Position numbers and translations under genes: made by a program. The notes under the pieces were generated by a model. It ran no database searches. It was given only the letters and a program-made list of their open reading frames with translations, and was not told the DNA's origin. DNA of 64,000 bases from Vicugna vicugna. Lineage: Eukaryota. Where the stretch lies: the NCBI GenBank assembly GCA_013265495.1, contig MU058584.1:1772616-1836615 (forward strand). The letters run 5' to 3'. Shown one piece after another: positions 13,630 through 25,687 of this stretch. Positions within the stretch are counted from its first letter, which is position 1, and every line of letters begins with the position of its first letter.

Positions 13630-14289
13630 CTTGGCATGAAAACAAGAATTGAAGAACCAAGTCCATGGTTTGCATTCTTGTTTTTCTCACTATATTATAT
13701 AAACCTTTGAAGAACACTTAACATTTTTTCCCTTACCTTTATATCTGAGCCTAAAATGAGACCTTTTCATGTGAGACCTGATAAATAATAAAAATAAATA
13801 AATGGAGAACAGACAAAGGGGGAAAACATTGAAAATAAAGTAAAATGGGGAGGTCAGAGAGAAAAAGGAAGGAAGGAAGGGAGAAAAGACTGGAAAGAAG
13901 AATGGAGGAGGTAGGGGAGAAGGAGGAAGACAAAGAAGAAGAGAGGAAGAAACAAGGGTTGAGGGAAAGAACCCCATGGTTAATTTGCTCCCATGGCCTT
14001 GCCTTATTTAAAACAGTGTAATCTGGCAAATTAGAGTACATACTAGAGGAGAGAATAACATCAGAAGAACAGATTAAGACCAAGTCAAAATAATATAAGT
14101 GTAAGAAAAAGCTGGTTTGGGCCAAACTAAGAAAATAAGATTGAAATAGAAACATACCCAAGAGAATACAAAAATAATTTGGGGAGAACAGAATTAGATT
14201 TCAAGCTTCGTAGACTTCAAGACTAGGGAAATCAAAGGGAAGCTTCTTTTTTATTCAAAATAGAAATAAATAAAAATGACTCCAACTTT

Positions 14290-15274
14290 AGAAAAGATGT
14301 TCTCTTTAATTAATGATGTTGGGAAAACTTGACAACTACATGCAGAAGAATGAAACTAGACCATTATCTTAAACTATACACAAAAATTAACTCAAAATGG
14401 ATTAAAGACTTAAATGTAAGACCTAAAAGCAGAAAATTTCTAGATGAACACATACATAGAAATCTCACTGACACTGACCTTTGCTGTTTTTGTGGAATGA
14501 TGCTAAATGCAAGGGAAATAAAAGAAAAAAATTAACAAACGGGACTGCATCAAACTAAAAAGCTTCTGTACAACAGAAGAAACCATCATTAAAATGGAAA
14601 GACAACCTACTGAATGGGAGAAGATTCTGCAAATTATATATTCAACAAAAGATTAATATCCAAACTATAAAAAAAACCTCACACAACTCAACAACAAAAA
14701 CAACAGACAGATTTAAAAATGAACAGATCTGAATAGACATTTTTCCATGGAAGATATAAGATGACCAACAGATGCATGAAAAGATGTTCAACATCACTAA
14801 TTATCAGGAAAATGCAAGTTATAACCACAATAAGAAATCACCTCACATCTCTTAGAATTGCTATTATTGGAAAGGCAAGAAATAACAAGTGTTGGGAAAT
14901 ATGTGGAGAAAAGGAAGTTCTCACACATTGTTGGTGGTATTGTAAATTGTGGAGCCACTATGGAAAACAATTTTTTGAGATTCCTCAAAATTATAAGAAT
15001 AGAACTACCATTTGACATAGCTATTCCTCTTCTGGATAGTTCTCTGAAGAAAAAAAAAAACTACTCCAAAAAGATGTATGCAGCCCATGTTGATTGCAGC
15101 ATTATTTCCAATATGCAAGATATGGAAACAACCTCAGTGTCTCCTGATGGATAAATGAATAAGGGAGCTGAGGTACACACACACACACACAAACACAGAG
15201 GAGTACTACTCAGCCATAAAAAATAATGACATTCTGCCATTTGCAACAACATGGATGGACCTAGATAGTATTAT
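14290..15274 (+). mobile_element. L1 ORF2 C-terminus/3'UTR, cut at the duplication junction
   Basis: Peptides TCRRMKLDHYLKLYTKINSKWIKDLNVRPK and MKRCSTSLIIRKMQ are L1 ORF2 C-terminal motifs. The match ends abruptly at 15274. Confidence 0.92.
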
Positions 15275-15278
15275 ATGG

Positions 15279-18183
15279 AATTCAAAGTCCTCCACAATCT
15301 GACCTCACTTCACTTTTCAACCTCTCTCATGGACAAGTACCTTTCATGTACCAGACATTCCAAATGAGCATGACTTCTTGTCCTCTTCCAAGCTTTCCTT
15401 TCTCTCTCAAGCTTCAGTAAATTTGCTCATGGTATTTTCTTCTGTCATGTTCTTCCCTTCCATTGTCCCTGCTTTCGAACAGTTTTTACCCATCTTTCAA
15501 TGCCAGTATAAATAGCCTTTCTCTGTGGAGCCATCTATGACCCCATTTTATTGAACACGTCTATTAAAATCAACCTCTCTTATTTCTGTGTTTCCTTAAC
15601 TTTCTTAAAGAACTCACCACGTTCTGCCTTATATTGCCTTATTGGTACATCCCATCTCCCTACTGGGTGGCAAATTCATTCCACTGGGGACCGTGCCTTC
15701 TTCACCCTTTCATTCTCTGTGGTGCCTATCAGTTGCTAGGAGTTCAACCAGAATGGACAGCGTGAAATGGAACGAGCTCCTGCCAAGCTGGGTTTATGAG
15801 TAAGAGCAATGGACACAGTTACAGTTGGACTGAAACTTCTTGGGGGTGACAGTGGAATGGAAGAGACAGGACAGCAAAAATGTAGCTTCCTGAGTTGGAG
15901 CCAGGCCAGAGCAATGGGGTTAACAGCAGTGCTCTTAGGCAAAGTGCTTGACCACATCGAATCATTAAAGCTCTTTGGCTCCCTTCCTGCTGGGAAACCC
16001 CTACAAGAGGGATTTGCTTTGAGGGAAAGGGTTCTGTGCACGTAATTATTCTTTCCCTCTAAACCCCAGGAGTAGGATGCTGGTAATTACTTTTGGATCT
16101 ATTCAGTGTAATTGCACAATAATCCACAGCCACCTATAAATACTCTGTCATTACATGGCATTGTCCTGGTAAACTCTACTAGGTTTCCCTGGTCAAGTAA
16201 TTACAGCTGTGCCACAGGGCAAAGATTAGTGGCACTAAGAACTTCCAGTATTAACACTCACATCTCAGCTGCACAACTATTTCCATCTGTAGAAGCACGA
16301 ACTACAAAGAGGCTGTATACTTTGGCAGGCAAAGAGGCGGCAGTTTTTGATGTTTTGGGTGAAGAAGGAACTTCGCCTCCACACTATAAGGGGATGGGGG
16401 GGCACAGTACTAGGACCTTTGACCTTCTTTGTTTCACAGATCTAGAAGGAAAGAATTAAAGTTAGCATATATCTACCCTGATTTCTCTAAAGAGTAGAGT
16501 GGATAGTACCAGTAAAATATACAAAAGCAGTAACTTACCTTGGCATGAAAACAAGAATTGAAGAACCAAGTCCATGGTTTGCATTCTTGTTTTTCTCACT
16601 ATATTATATAAACCTTTGAAGAACACTTAACATTTTTTCCCTTACCTTTATATCTGAGCCTAAAATGAGACCTTTTCATGTGAGACCTGATAAATAATAA
16701 AAATAAATAAATGGAGAACAGACAAAGGGGGAAAACATTGAAAATAAAGTAAAATGGGGAGGTCAGAGAGAAAAAGGAAGGAAGGAAGGGAGAAAAGACT
16801 GGAAAGAAGAATGGAGGAGGTAGGGGAGAAGGAGGAAGACAAAGAAGAAGAGAGGAAGAAACAAGGGTTGAGGGAAAGAACCCCATGGTTAATTTGCTCC
16901 CATGGCCTTGCCTTATTTAAAACAGTGTAATCTGGCAAATTAGAGTACATACTAGAGGAGAGAATAACATCAGAAGAACAGATTAAGACCAAGTCAAAAT
17001 AATATAAGTGTAAGAAAAAGCTGGTTTGGGCCAAACTAAGAAAATAAGATTGAAATAGAAACATACCCAAGAGAATACAAAAATAATTTGGGGAGAACAG
17101 AATTAGATTTCAAGCTTCGTAGACTTCAAGACTAGGGAAATCAAAGGGAAGCTTCTTTTTTATTCAAAATAGAAATAAATAAAAATGACTCCAACTTTAG
17201 AAAAGATGTTCTCTTTAATTAATGATGTTGGGAAAACTTGACAACCACATGCAGAAGAATGAAACTAGACCATTATCTTAAACTATACACAAAAATTAAC
17301 TCAAAATGGATTAAAGACTTAAATGTAAGACCTAAAAGCAGAAAATTTCTAGATGAACACATACATAGAAATCTCACTGACACTGACCTTTGCTGTTTTT
17401 GTGGAATGATGCTAAATGCAAGGGAAATAAAAGAAAAAAATTAACAAACGGGACTGCATCAAACTAAAAAGCTTCTGTACAACAGAAGAAACCATCATTA
17501 AAATGGAAAGACAACCTACTGAATGGGAGAAGATTCTGCAAATTATATATTCAACAAAAGATTAATATCCAAACTATAAAAAAAACCTCACACAACTCAA
17601 CAACAAAAACAACAGACAGATTTAAAAATGAACAGATCTGAATAGACATTTTTCCATGGAAGATATAAGATGACCAACAGATGCATGAAAAGATGTTCAA
17701 CATCACTAATTATCAGGAAAATGCAAGTTATAACCACAATAAGAAATCACCTCACATCTCTTAGAATTGCTATTATTGGAAAGGCAAGAAATAACAAGTG
17801 TTGGGAAATATGTGGAGAAAAGGAAGTTCTCACACATTGTTGGTGGTATTGTAAATTGTGGAGCCACTATGGAAAACAATTTTTTGAGATTCCTCAAAAT
17901 TATAAGAATAGAACTACCATTTGACATAGCTATTCCTCTTCTGGATAGTTCTCTGAAGAAAAAAAAAAACTACTCCAAAAAGATGTACGCAGCCCATGTT
18001 GATTGCAGCATTATTTCCAATATGCAAGATATGGAAACAACCTCAGTGTCTCCTGATGGATAAATGAATAAGGGAGCTGAGGTACACACACACACACACA
18101 AACACAGAGGAGTACTACTCAGCCATAAAAAATAATGACATTCTGCCATTTGCAACAACATGGATGGACCTAGATAGTATTAT
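15279..18183 (+). repeat. Tandem segmental duplication, copy 2
   Basis: Matches 12370-15274 apart from at least 5 substitutions seen by eye. Separated from copy 1 by ATGG (15275-15278). Confidence 0.98.
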
Positions 18184-18490
18184 GCTAATTGAAACACCAT
18201 TCAGAAAAAGAAATGGTGAAAGACAAACACCATATGAATTCACTCATGTGGAATCTAAAAGACAAAACAAAACTAAATGAAAGAACAAGCAAAAATAAAA
18301 TAAAAACAAATTTAGAGATGCAGAGAACTGATCAGTGGTTGCCAAAGGGGTAGAGAGTTGGAGGGAGGGTGAAATGGATGAAGATGATCAACCGTATGGA
18401 GATGGAGGGTAACTAGACTGGTGGGGGAATCCCTGTGTTGTGTGTTAGATGTCGAATTATAATGCTGTACGTCTGTAGCTTATACAGTGG
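17199..18490 (+). mobile_element. L1 ORF2 C-terminus/3'UTR (longer copy continuing past the duplicated unit)
   Basis: Same sequence as 14290-15274, then continues tattatgctaa...gaaagacaaacaccatatg...cagtggttgccaaagggg. Confidence 0.92.
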
Positions 18491-18529
18491 AAAACCCAGA
18501 CTAGATAACCACTATTATAAGCTCAGCCA

Positions 18530-18670
18530 TACCTCAGGGACCATCCGATTCAACTCCTTCAGTTCTAAGATGAAGAAACTGAGGCCTGTGATGGCAAAGT
18601 GGCAGATAGCCAGTGGCTGGTTCTAGATGGGACCTCCCAACGCCCAACGTCCATGCCATTATTATGTTTT
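18530..18670 (-). mobile_element. MIR fragment
   Basis: agatgaagaaactgaggcc core. Confidence 0.55.
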
Positions 18671-19771
18671 GTATTTTCACCTTGAGGACATTGACAACCA
18701 TGAGTTAAGTTGCCAATTTAAAAAATGCTACTGCATGTCAAATAAAGTCTGTGAGGATGTATTTATAATTCTTATCTCCAGGAAGAGGACATAAGGTACA
18801 TTTCACTTTGCTCCTTTATGTATTACTTATGTTTTCACAATGAATACATAATATTTTCTATTCATATTTTTATGTGTAAAGCTATCCTCGAACGTCATTA
18901 AGTTGTGAAACTGGTGTTGGGGACGTGCGGGTTTATTCCACAGTTGTTTGTTGTAATTTATAGAGGCTATTGAGGATTCTAAAGTAACACAACGTTAGAA
19001 TTGGGAGAGATTTCAGAACTGTTCTAAGTACTTCATTTTATAGGTGAGATAATTAAGGTCCAGGCAGTTACCTCATTGAAACCTATAAATAACATCAAAC
19101 AAAAATTTAAGAATTCTGCATCATAAACTAAGTGAGGGTGTGCTTGAAAATTTATGTGACTCCCACTTTTTTTTTCTGGTATAAATGAAGCAAGGACTAT
19201 ATCCTTTTAGGAAGAAAACTAGCATTTATTGAGCAGCTTCTCCATGGCAGACACGTATATATTGTTCATTTCATTTCGTCGCCACAGTAATTGATGTTTT
19301 AAAGTTTACAGTTCAGGGAAGAGATCCTCAAGCAGTTTAAAATAGAACACGGGTCAGACTGCAAAACAGAGTCTTTGAATTCTAATTCTACAAGTCTTTC
19401 CTTCTTTATCCCACAGTCCTTTTGAGGTGAGCTGGAGCTAGCATCCCCTGCAACAGGGATTAATAAAGGTTTTTCTTACCTTTGCAGCATTAATCAGGGT
19501 GTGTTAAAGGGTGGTTGCCTGATCGTTGCTGTAATTCCTTTCCAGTATCTATTTCTCCCAGGCTTTCCCACTTAAGAGAAAGGTTGCTTTTTGATACCCA
19601 TGGGAACGACTTCAAGATTTTAAAGTCAAGTTGGACTAAGATGTGCCCTGCATGGATAATCAGGTTATAACAATCCTTCACTTTCACATTTCTAACTCGC
19701 CTTACGTTATCCAATAGTTTTCACAAAAGGCATTAATGTTGTTGCCTGACAAGGCAGATGAGAAAAACTAT

Positions 19772-19884
19772 CAAGACACCAGCCAGTCTGGTTTGCCCGG
19801 GACTGAGGCGTGTCCTGGGACATGTGGCTTTCCCCTGCGAAGCCAGGACAGTCCCAGGCTGGCTGGGATGAGTCTATTGCCCTG
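19772..19884. mobile_element. hAT-Blackjack MITE (MER81-like)
   Basis: ~115-bp quasi-palindrome: ccagtctggtttgcccgggactga...ccaggacagtcccaggc...gggatgag...gccctg. Confidence 0.7.
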
Positions 19885-21239
19885 AGAAACAGAGACACAG
19901 GAAGGAGAAATGTCTCGTCCGCAGTCACACAGCAAGTCAGTGATGGGACCAGAGCCTAGCGCTCCCAGCAGGTCGTTCTGGGCCTTTCCAGCTAAACCAC
20001 AGTGATTATTAAATGTTGAGACACAAAATTTGACCCTTCCTATGATCTCATATGCTTAAGGCAAATGGAAATAAAACTGGCAGTGAAAAATGGCAACGTG
20101 TCATCCTATTTTGTTCCCGTCTCTGCATTCAGACTTATTCTAACCAAGACACTGTCTCCCTCAGCCATGGCAGGTGGCCACCTTGTGCCAAACGGAGGCT
20201 CCCCGGGCCTGTCTTCATCTCCCCCTCTCTAGCTGTCCCGCAGGTAAACAACTCGGGTGCACACAAGTCCGCACACAGAAGATTCTGCAATAGTAACATT
20301 TATCTTGTGCACGTCCCATTTATCTTTGGCAAAAAGCTTCAGACCCAGACTATCTTAAGTGATCTCAAAAAGACAGTGATAAGTACCTTTCCCCGTCATT
20401 ATCGCTCCATTTTATCACAGTGGTGATAGCAATAATGGTGGTTGTAACCCCCATCAAGTCCATTTAACATGGCTCATTTTCAAAAGCCACTCAATGCCTT
20501 GTGACAGTCTGGCCAGGCGGCTTGAAAAGATCACTTAACCCCGACGATCTGAGGAAGACTCTGAGTGGGGAGAGAAGGCCCTACAGTCAGGGGCGAGGCG
20601 GTCAGAGAAGGGACAGGATTTTACAAAAAGACCATTGATTTTATGACAAGGGGCAGAGCCGCTGTCAAAACTGAGCAGCACAAATTGAAGGAATGTTTCA
20701 ATTAGCTGTTTGCAAGCAAGATTCCTCAGAAGGTGGGGTGCCCTGGCTTCTAGTTATTGTTGGTCAGGTTCATTCTTTTGTTTGTAATACAGGTGTGCTT
20801 CTCCTTAATACTAAAAGAGGAATCTAAAATTAGAAAATCTATCAGCAAAGACAGTCATTAAAGAAGCCCCATGGTAACTCCAATAAGGAGGTGTTTTATG
20901 ATGTGGCAGTGACCTGAATAATGACACCAGGCTGAAAGGGGCAAGTGGAGCCTGGGCGAGTCACCTGTGACGCGCCCCAACATGAGGCTGCCTAACACTG
21001 CCACCTTGCCTGCCGTCTCACAAATGGTCTGCAGTTTCCTTAGCAGGGGTTGAAATTGTTACCAGAGCACACAGTTTCTGGATGCGGTGGATGAGGAGGA
21101 GGGCCAGGGACGCGTAGATAATGAATGGAGGGGAAAATAATCAATAGCGCTGGCTTTTCTGCATCTCAGGCTTGGCTCAAAGAATGCTGGTGTTGCCTGA
21201 GAACTCTCAGACTGAAAACAGAAATACTCGCAGAGGTAG

Positions 21240-21490
21240 CAGTTATGAAGGTAGCAGACCCAAGAGCCAAGGTACCTGGTTCAAAGCCCACTTTTGCCCT
21301 TTCCTGGCCACATGACTTTAGGTGAGGATTTTAGCTCTCTAAGCTTCAATTTCTTTGTTAGCAAAATGGGAGTAATAGACCCTATTTCGTAACACTGTTG
21401 TGAAATTAAAATGCAATCATTCCTGCGAAGCGTTCAGCACAGAGCTTAGTATATAGTACGTCCTATATAAAGGTGATTATGATTATAACG
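21240..21490 (+). mobile_element. MIR SINE
   Basis: cctggttcaaagccc, ctctctaagcttcaatttctttgttagcaaaatgggagtaata, and gcgttcagcacagagcttag. Confidence 0.8.
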
Positions 21491-21839
21491 AATTCATATG
21501 ACATAAATGTTTTTAAGTCTGATTTTCTAAGCATAATTCTTAACGAGTTAATTCTCTTCTCATCCATCTCAAAATGTTAAGTCTTGCAGTAAAAGAACTG
21601 AAAGTCATGAGGTTTTAAAAAAAAGAGCCCTCGACTCTGTGTTTGCATTCAGGCTCCATTACCTATGGGCATCATGATCTTGATAAAGCGTGATCACCGT
21701 ATTTAATGTCAGGGACAATATTACATGATGCTTGGAAGTCCAAGGTTTGGAAACACATTAATCTGGTTTTGGATAGTCGTTCCACACCCTCTAATGATAG
21801 AATATTTTATAGAGTCAAAGGACTAGAGTAGTGTTGCCC

Positions 21840-22090
21840 ATTCTTCAGATTTCAAATCAAATATCATTTCCTCCAGGAGCCTTCCCCAAACCCTTTTTTT
21901 ACATTCTCATTGCCCCCCTGTACTTATCCCTTGTGGCAGTTATCAGAATTATTATGAAAAAGCTACATAATTATGGTCCAACTTTCCTAGTAAACTACAA
22001 GCTCCAGGAAAGCAAGAAACCTGTTTATTTTTGTTCATGCCAGCATCTCCCTGGCTGGCGCACGGTAGGTGACGATTATTGGATGAATAA
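21840..22090 (+). mobile_element. L2 3' end
   Basis: tcatttcctccaggagccttcccc...ctacaagctccaggaaagcaag...ctggcgcacggtaggtg...ttggatgaataaa. Confidence 0.7.
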
Positions 22091-23860
22091 AGGACTTTGA
22101 GCAAAAGAGTGATGTGATGTATGAGTTACATTTCAAAAGGATCACACTGGCTGCCATTTTTAAAAGAAACTGTAAGCAGACAAGATTGGGAACAGGGAAA
22201 CTAATTAGGAAATTATTGTAATAACTTAAGTTAGAGATACTGCTGGCTTGGAGAGAAAGGGTAGTGATGGAGGTGATGAGAAGGAATTGACTCCAGACAC
22301 ATTTGCAAATGAAATTTGATGTTGGGTGCAAAAGAGAGAAAAGAACCAAAGCTGATTCCCAGGTTTAGGGCCTAAGCAACTGGATGGATGGACTGCCATC
22401 ATTTCAGACAGAGAAAACTGCAGAGGAGTAGACTTACTGCAGTAGGTCAGGAGTTCAGTTTTGGAACATGTTAAGGTTTAATGTCCACTAGACATTCAGA
22501 TGAGCATATCAAGCTAGCCACTGTATGCCCAAGTCTGTGGTTCGGGAGAGAGAGATCTGAGCTGAAGATGCCATGTTCATATTTAAAGCCATGAGACTGG
22601 ATGAGTTCACCAACAAAAGAAAAGAGAGCCAAAGGAATAAGTCAGAGATATCCAATGTTAGAAATCAGGCGATGATGAGGATCAAAGACCATAAGAAGGA
22701 GCAGTCAATGAGGGAGGAAGAGTAGATGCTGGAAACCTTCAGAGAAGCCAGAGAGGGACGCCCTGCAGAGTGATAATGGGACTAAGGGTTTCCCATTTGA
22801 TTTGCGAACATGAGGGTCCCTGGGAACCTTGACAAGGACCATTTTAGAGTGAACTGGTGGGGGTCAACTGCCTGATATAAATGGATTTCAAAGAGAATGA
22901 AAAGTCATCCGGGGAAATTCCATCTAAAACCACAACGAGATACTACTGTACACTCACTGGAATAGCTAAAAATCAAAGAGGCTGCTCACATTCAGCACTG
23001 GGGAGGATGCGGAGCAAATGGAGCTCTCATACACTCCAGGTTGGAATGCGAAATGTTTGAACTACGTTGGAGAATTGTTTGGCAGTTTCTTTAAAGTGAA
23101 ATATATGCTTACGGCAATATCCAGTACATCTATGCCAAGACATACGTCCAAAAAAATGGAAACAAATCCATATATCCACTCGAAGGCTTATACACAAATA
23201 CTCAGGGAAGCCTCTTCGTAATAGCCAAGACCCGGAAAAAACGGAAATATCCATCAACAAGAGAATGAATATTCAAATTGTGGTTCATTCATATGACGCT
23301 ACTATTCAAAGAATGAACTGATATTGATACGCTCAGCAAGGTGGACAAATCTCAAAAACATTATATTGAGCAAAAGAAATCAGATTCAAGAAAAATAATT
23401 GCTGCTTGATTTTATCAGGACATGACGTACAAAACTGAAGTATATGAAGATGAAATTCATGTCGGGAGAGAAAGCTAATTGATTAGAAAAGGGCAAGAAG
23501 AAATTTTCTGGGGTGATGAGTATGCTGTGTGTCTCGCTTTGGGTGCTGGTTCCACGTGTGTAAGCACTTGTCACAACTCATTGAACTGTACGCTTGAGAG
23601 CTGTGCATTTTGTTGAATGTTAATTAAATCTCAATTTTAAAAAAGAGAGAATCAGAGAAGACTTGGAGTCCGTGAATTATAGACAACTCTTTCAGTGGAA
23701 AGAGGATCAGGGAAGGAGATCAAAGGAATTAGTCGAGTGCTGGAGAGGCATCAGAGTTAAGGAAGTTTGTTTTCTCTCCTGTTATTTAAAATGAAAGATA
23801 TACTACATTTGTATGGTGATTCAAATGACCCAGCAGAGAGGACAATAAATGGTGATGCAC
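22090..23860 (-). mobile_element. L2 (antisense), interrupted by an L1 at about 22915-23645
   Basis: ttacatttcaaaaggatcacactggctgc...ggagttcagttttggaacatgttaag...atttaaagccatgagactggatgag...gggaaccttgacaag. Resumes with agacaactctttc after 23645. Confidence 0.75.
22915..23645 (+). mobile_element. Old L1 (L1ME-type) 3' end
   Basis: aaaaccacaacgagatactac...ggagcaaatggagctctcatacact...aatctcaaaaacattatattgagcaaaag...aactcattgaactgtacgctt. Confidence 0.8.
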
Positions 23861-24099
23861 AAGATTATAACACCTATCCTTCAAAGTTGTTGTTAGGGTA
23901 AAATTAGACAGTGTGTGTGAAGCACTTAATGCAGGACCCGGAATGTGGAAGGGCTCAGTACATCATAGCTGGTCCTGTGACTATCGCCATGCAGTGATCG
24001 TGGACTCTCTGCTTCCACTGTAAGTGCCTCAGATATGATGCCCTAGTTTTCTTATGACCGTTGCTTTATCCTTTGCTGGATATCACCTCACCGCTAGGC

Positions 24100-25687
24100 T
24101 GACACCCCCACTAGTCCACCAGCAGTGTTCGTTCACATCAGGGTCACACCAGCAATAGTGCACTGCGGGCTGGAAGGGTCACCTCGAAGGCTGAGATCAG
24201 GTAGGACCAGAAGGGCTAAGTAGGCTGCTTATTCCCATCAGTATCCACCACGGTGGCACCAGTGTCCCTTCCTCAGCTCGCGTCTATAGGTTCTGGAAGG
24301 AGGAAGATACAGTTCAAGCTTGGGACAGTGCACCTGTTCACGCGCTTTGTGCTGAAGAGAAGTGACCCCACGTTAGACCCCACAGGTAGCGGTGAGTAAC
24401 TGACCAGATGGAAAAGGGACTAGAAGGGAAGAGACTGAAACACTGGGGACAAAGAGGTCTCGGGGAGAAGACGCTGGAGTGGGTGTAAAGGGTGAATGTC
24501 CTCAAACACCACTTAACACCCACCAAAGAGCATTCATCACAGAAACACTAAACAAGCGAGTGTATCACATGACTTTACGCGGTGGACCCATGAACATAGC
24601 GGCCATGGGGACAGAGACGGAAGCGACGCATGGACTCAGCGGCATGGGCTCCTACTGACAAAGGCTGCTCTAGCTACTGCTGCCGCTGACGGTTCAAACC
24701 GACAGCCACAGAGACCAGCACTCAGCCCCCAGACTGGCGCTTTTACTCTAAGATACCATCTGGCCACTTGATGAAAAATAGATGACACTGGGCCCCAGAT
24801 ATCCTGAAAGAGCCAGCAGTTTATCTTCACAGGGACCCTTCTGTCCCATATGGGTTTCCCTTTCTCGTTCACAGAGCCTCAGCCAGCACCACTGTCTTAC
24901 AGAGTGGCCAAACGTGGGACCCACTTCCCCGCGTACTCAGTGTGGGCACAGAGTGTGGGGTCCAATGGTCATTTGACATCCCATAATGCCAGAAGCAGCT
25001 GGTCTCGTAGAATGCTGGAATGACCTACTGAGGCACGGTTACAGCGCCAGCTCCAGCAGAGAGGCTATAATTTTAAGCAGGGGTTGGCAAATCCAGTCCG
25101 CCACCTGTTTTTGTAAATAAAAGTTTTACTGGAACACCGCCATCCTTTTTCGTACACATATTGTCTATGGCTGCTTTCGCACTACAAGGGCAGACTTGCG
25201 TTGTTGTCACTGAAACCATATGGCCCACAAATTCTAAAATAATTACTCTCTGGCTCTTTACAGATAAAGTTTGCCAACCCTTCTTCTCGAGGATGTAATG
25301 CCGTCAACCAGGACACAGTATCCACTGTGCTCCCGGTAGGAAAAATATATAGTTCTTGTAATCAAGGGGTTGAGGTGTCAATGGTCTTGCCACCACAAAG
25401 AATAATTTGCTGGACTTTGTGTTGTTATTGGGTATAAAACATGAATGTCTTTCAAACACCAGTTAACACCCGTCAAAGAGCATTCATCACAAAAACGCTA
25501 AACAAGAGAGTGTATCAAATGACTGTGCTTCATACACAGATAACTGTGTTTTGTATACTGACAATTCTGGGTTATAGGTCCTGGTCCTCAAAAGTAGCAC
25601 ACTTTTTTTTTTTAGAGGACATGAGAGTCCACCGAATTACAAGATAAAGTGCCACTCTGCGGAAGAGTGGACCTGAGTGGCAGGGAA
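24100..25687 (+). mobile_element. ERVL-class (HERV16/ERV3-16A3-like) internal pol remnant: RNase H end and integrase
   Basis: 24585-24730 translates to THEHSGHGDRDGSDAWTQRHGLLLTKAALATAAA...QRPALSP, an ERVL integrase zinc-finger-like sequence. About 24990-25040 gives PEAAGLVECWNDLL (integrase core). A purine-rich PPT-like stretch precedes the LTR at about 25688. Confidence 0.8.
25078..25282. mobile_element. MER58A-like hAT-Charlie MITE inserted in the ERVL integrase
   Basis: TIRs caggggttggcaaa / tttgccaaccc and the internal cctgtttttgtaaataaaagttttactggaacac. Confidence 0.88.

Larger units (their letters stand above)
12370..15274 (+). repeat. Tandem segmental duplication, copy 1 (period 2909 bp)
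   Basis: The sequence and every ORF-track entry recur at exactly +2909 (e.g. 12642/15551, 14858/17767). Confidence 0.98.

Noticed and set aside
21840..22900. Oppositely oriented adjacent L2 fragments as a potential dsRNA hairpin
   Set aside because: The copies are highly diverged and cover mostly different parts of the consensus; I saw no extended complementarity.
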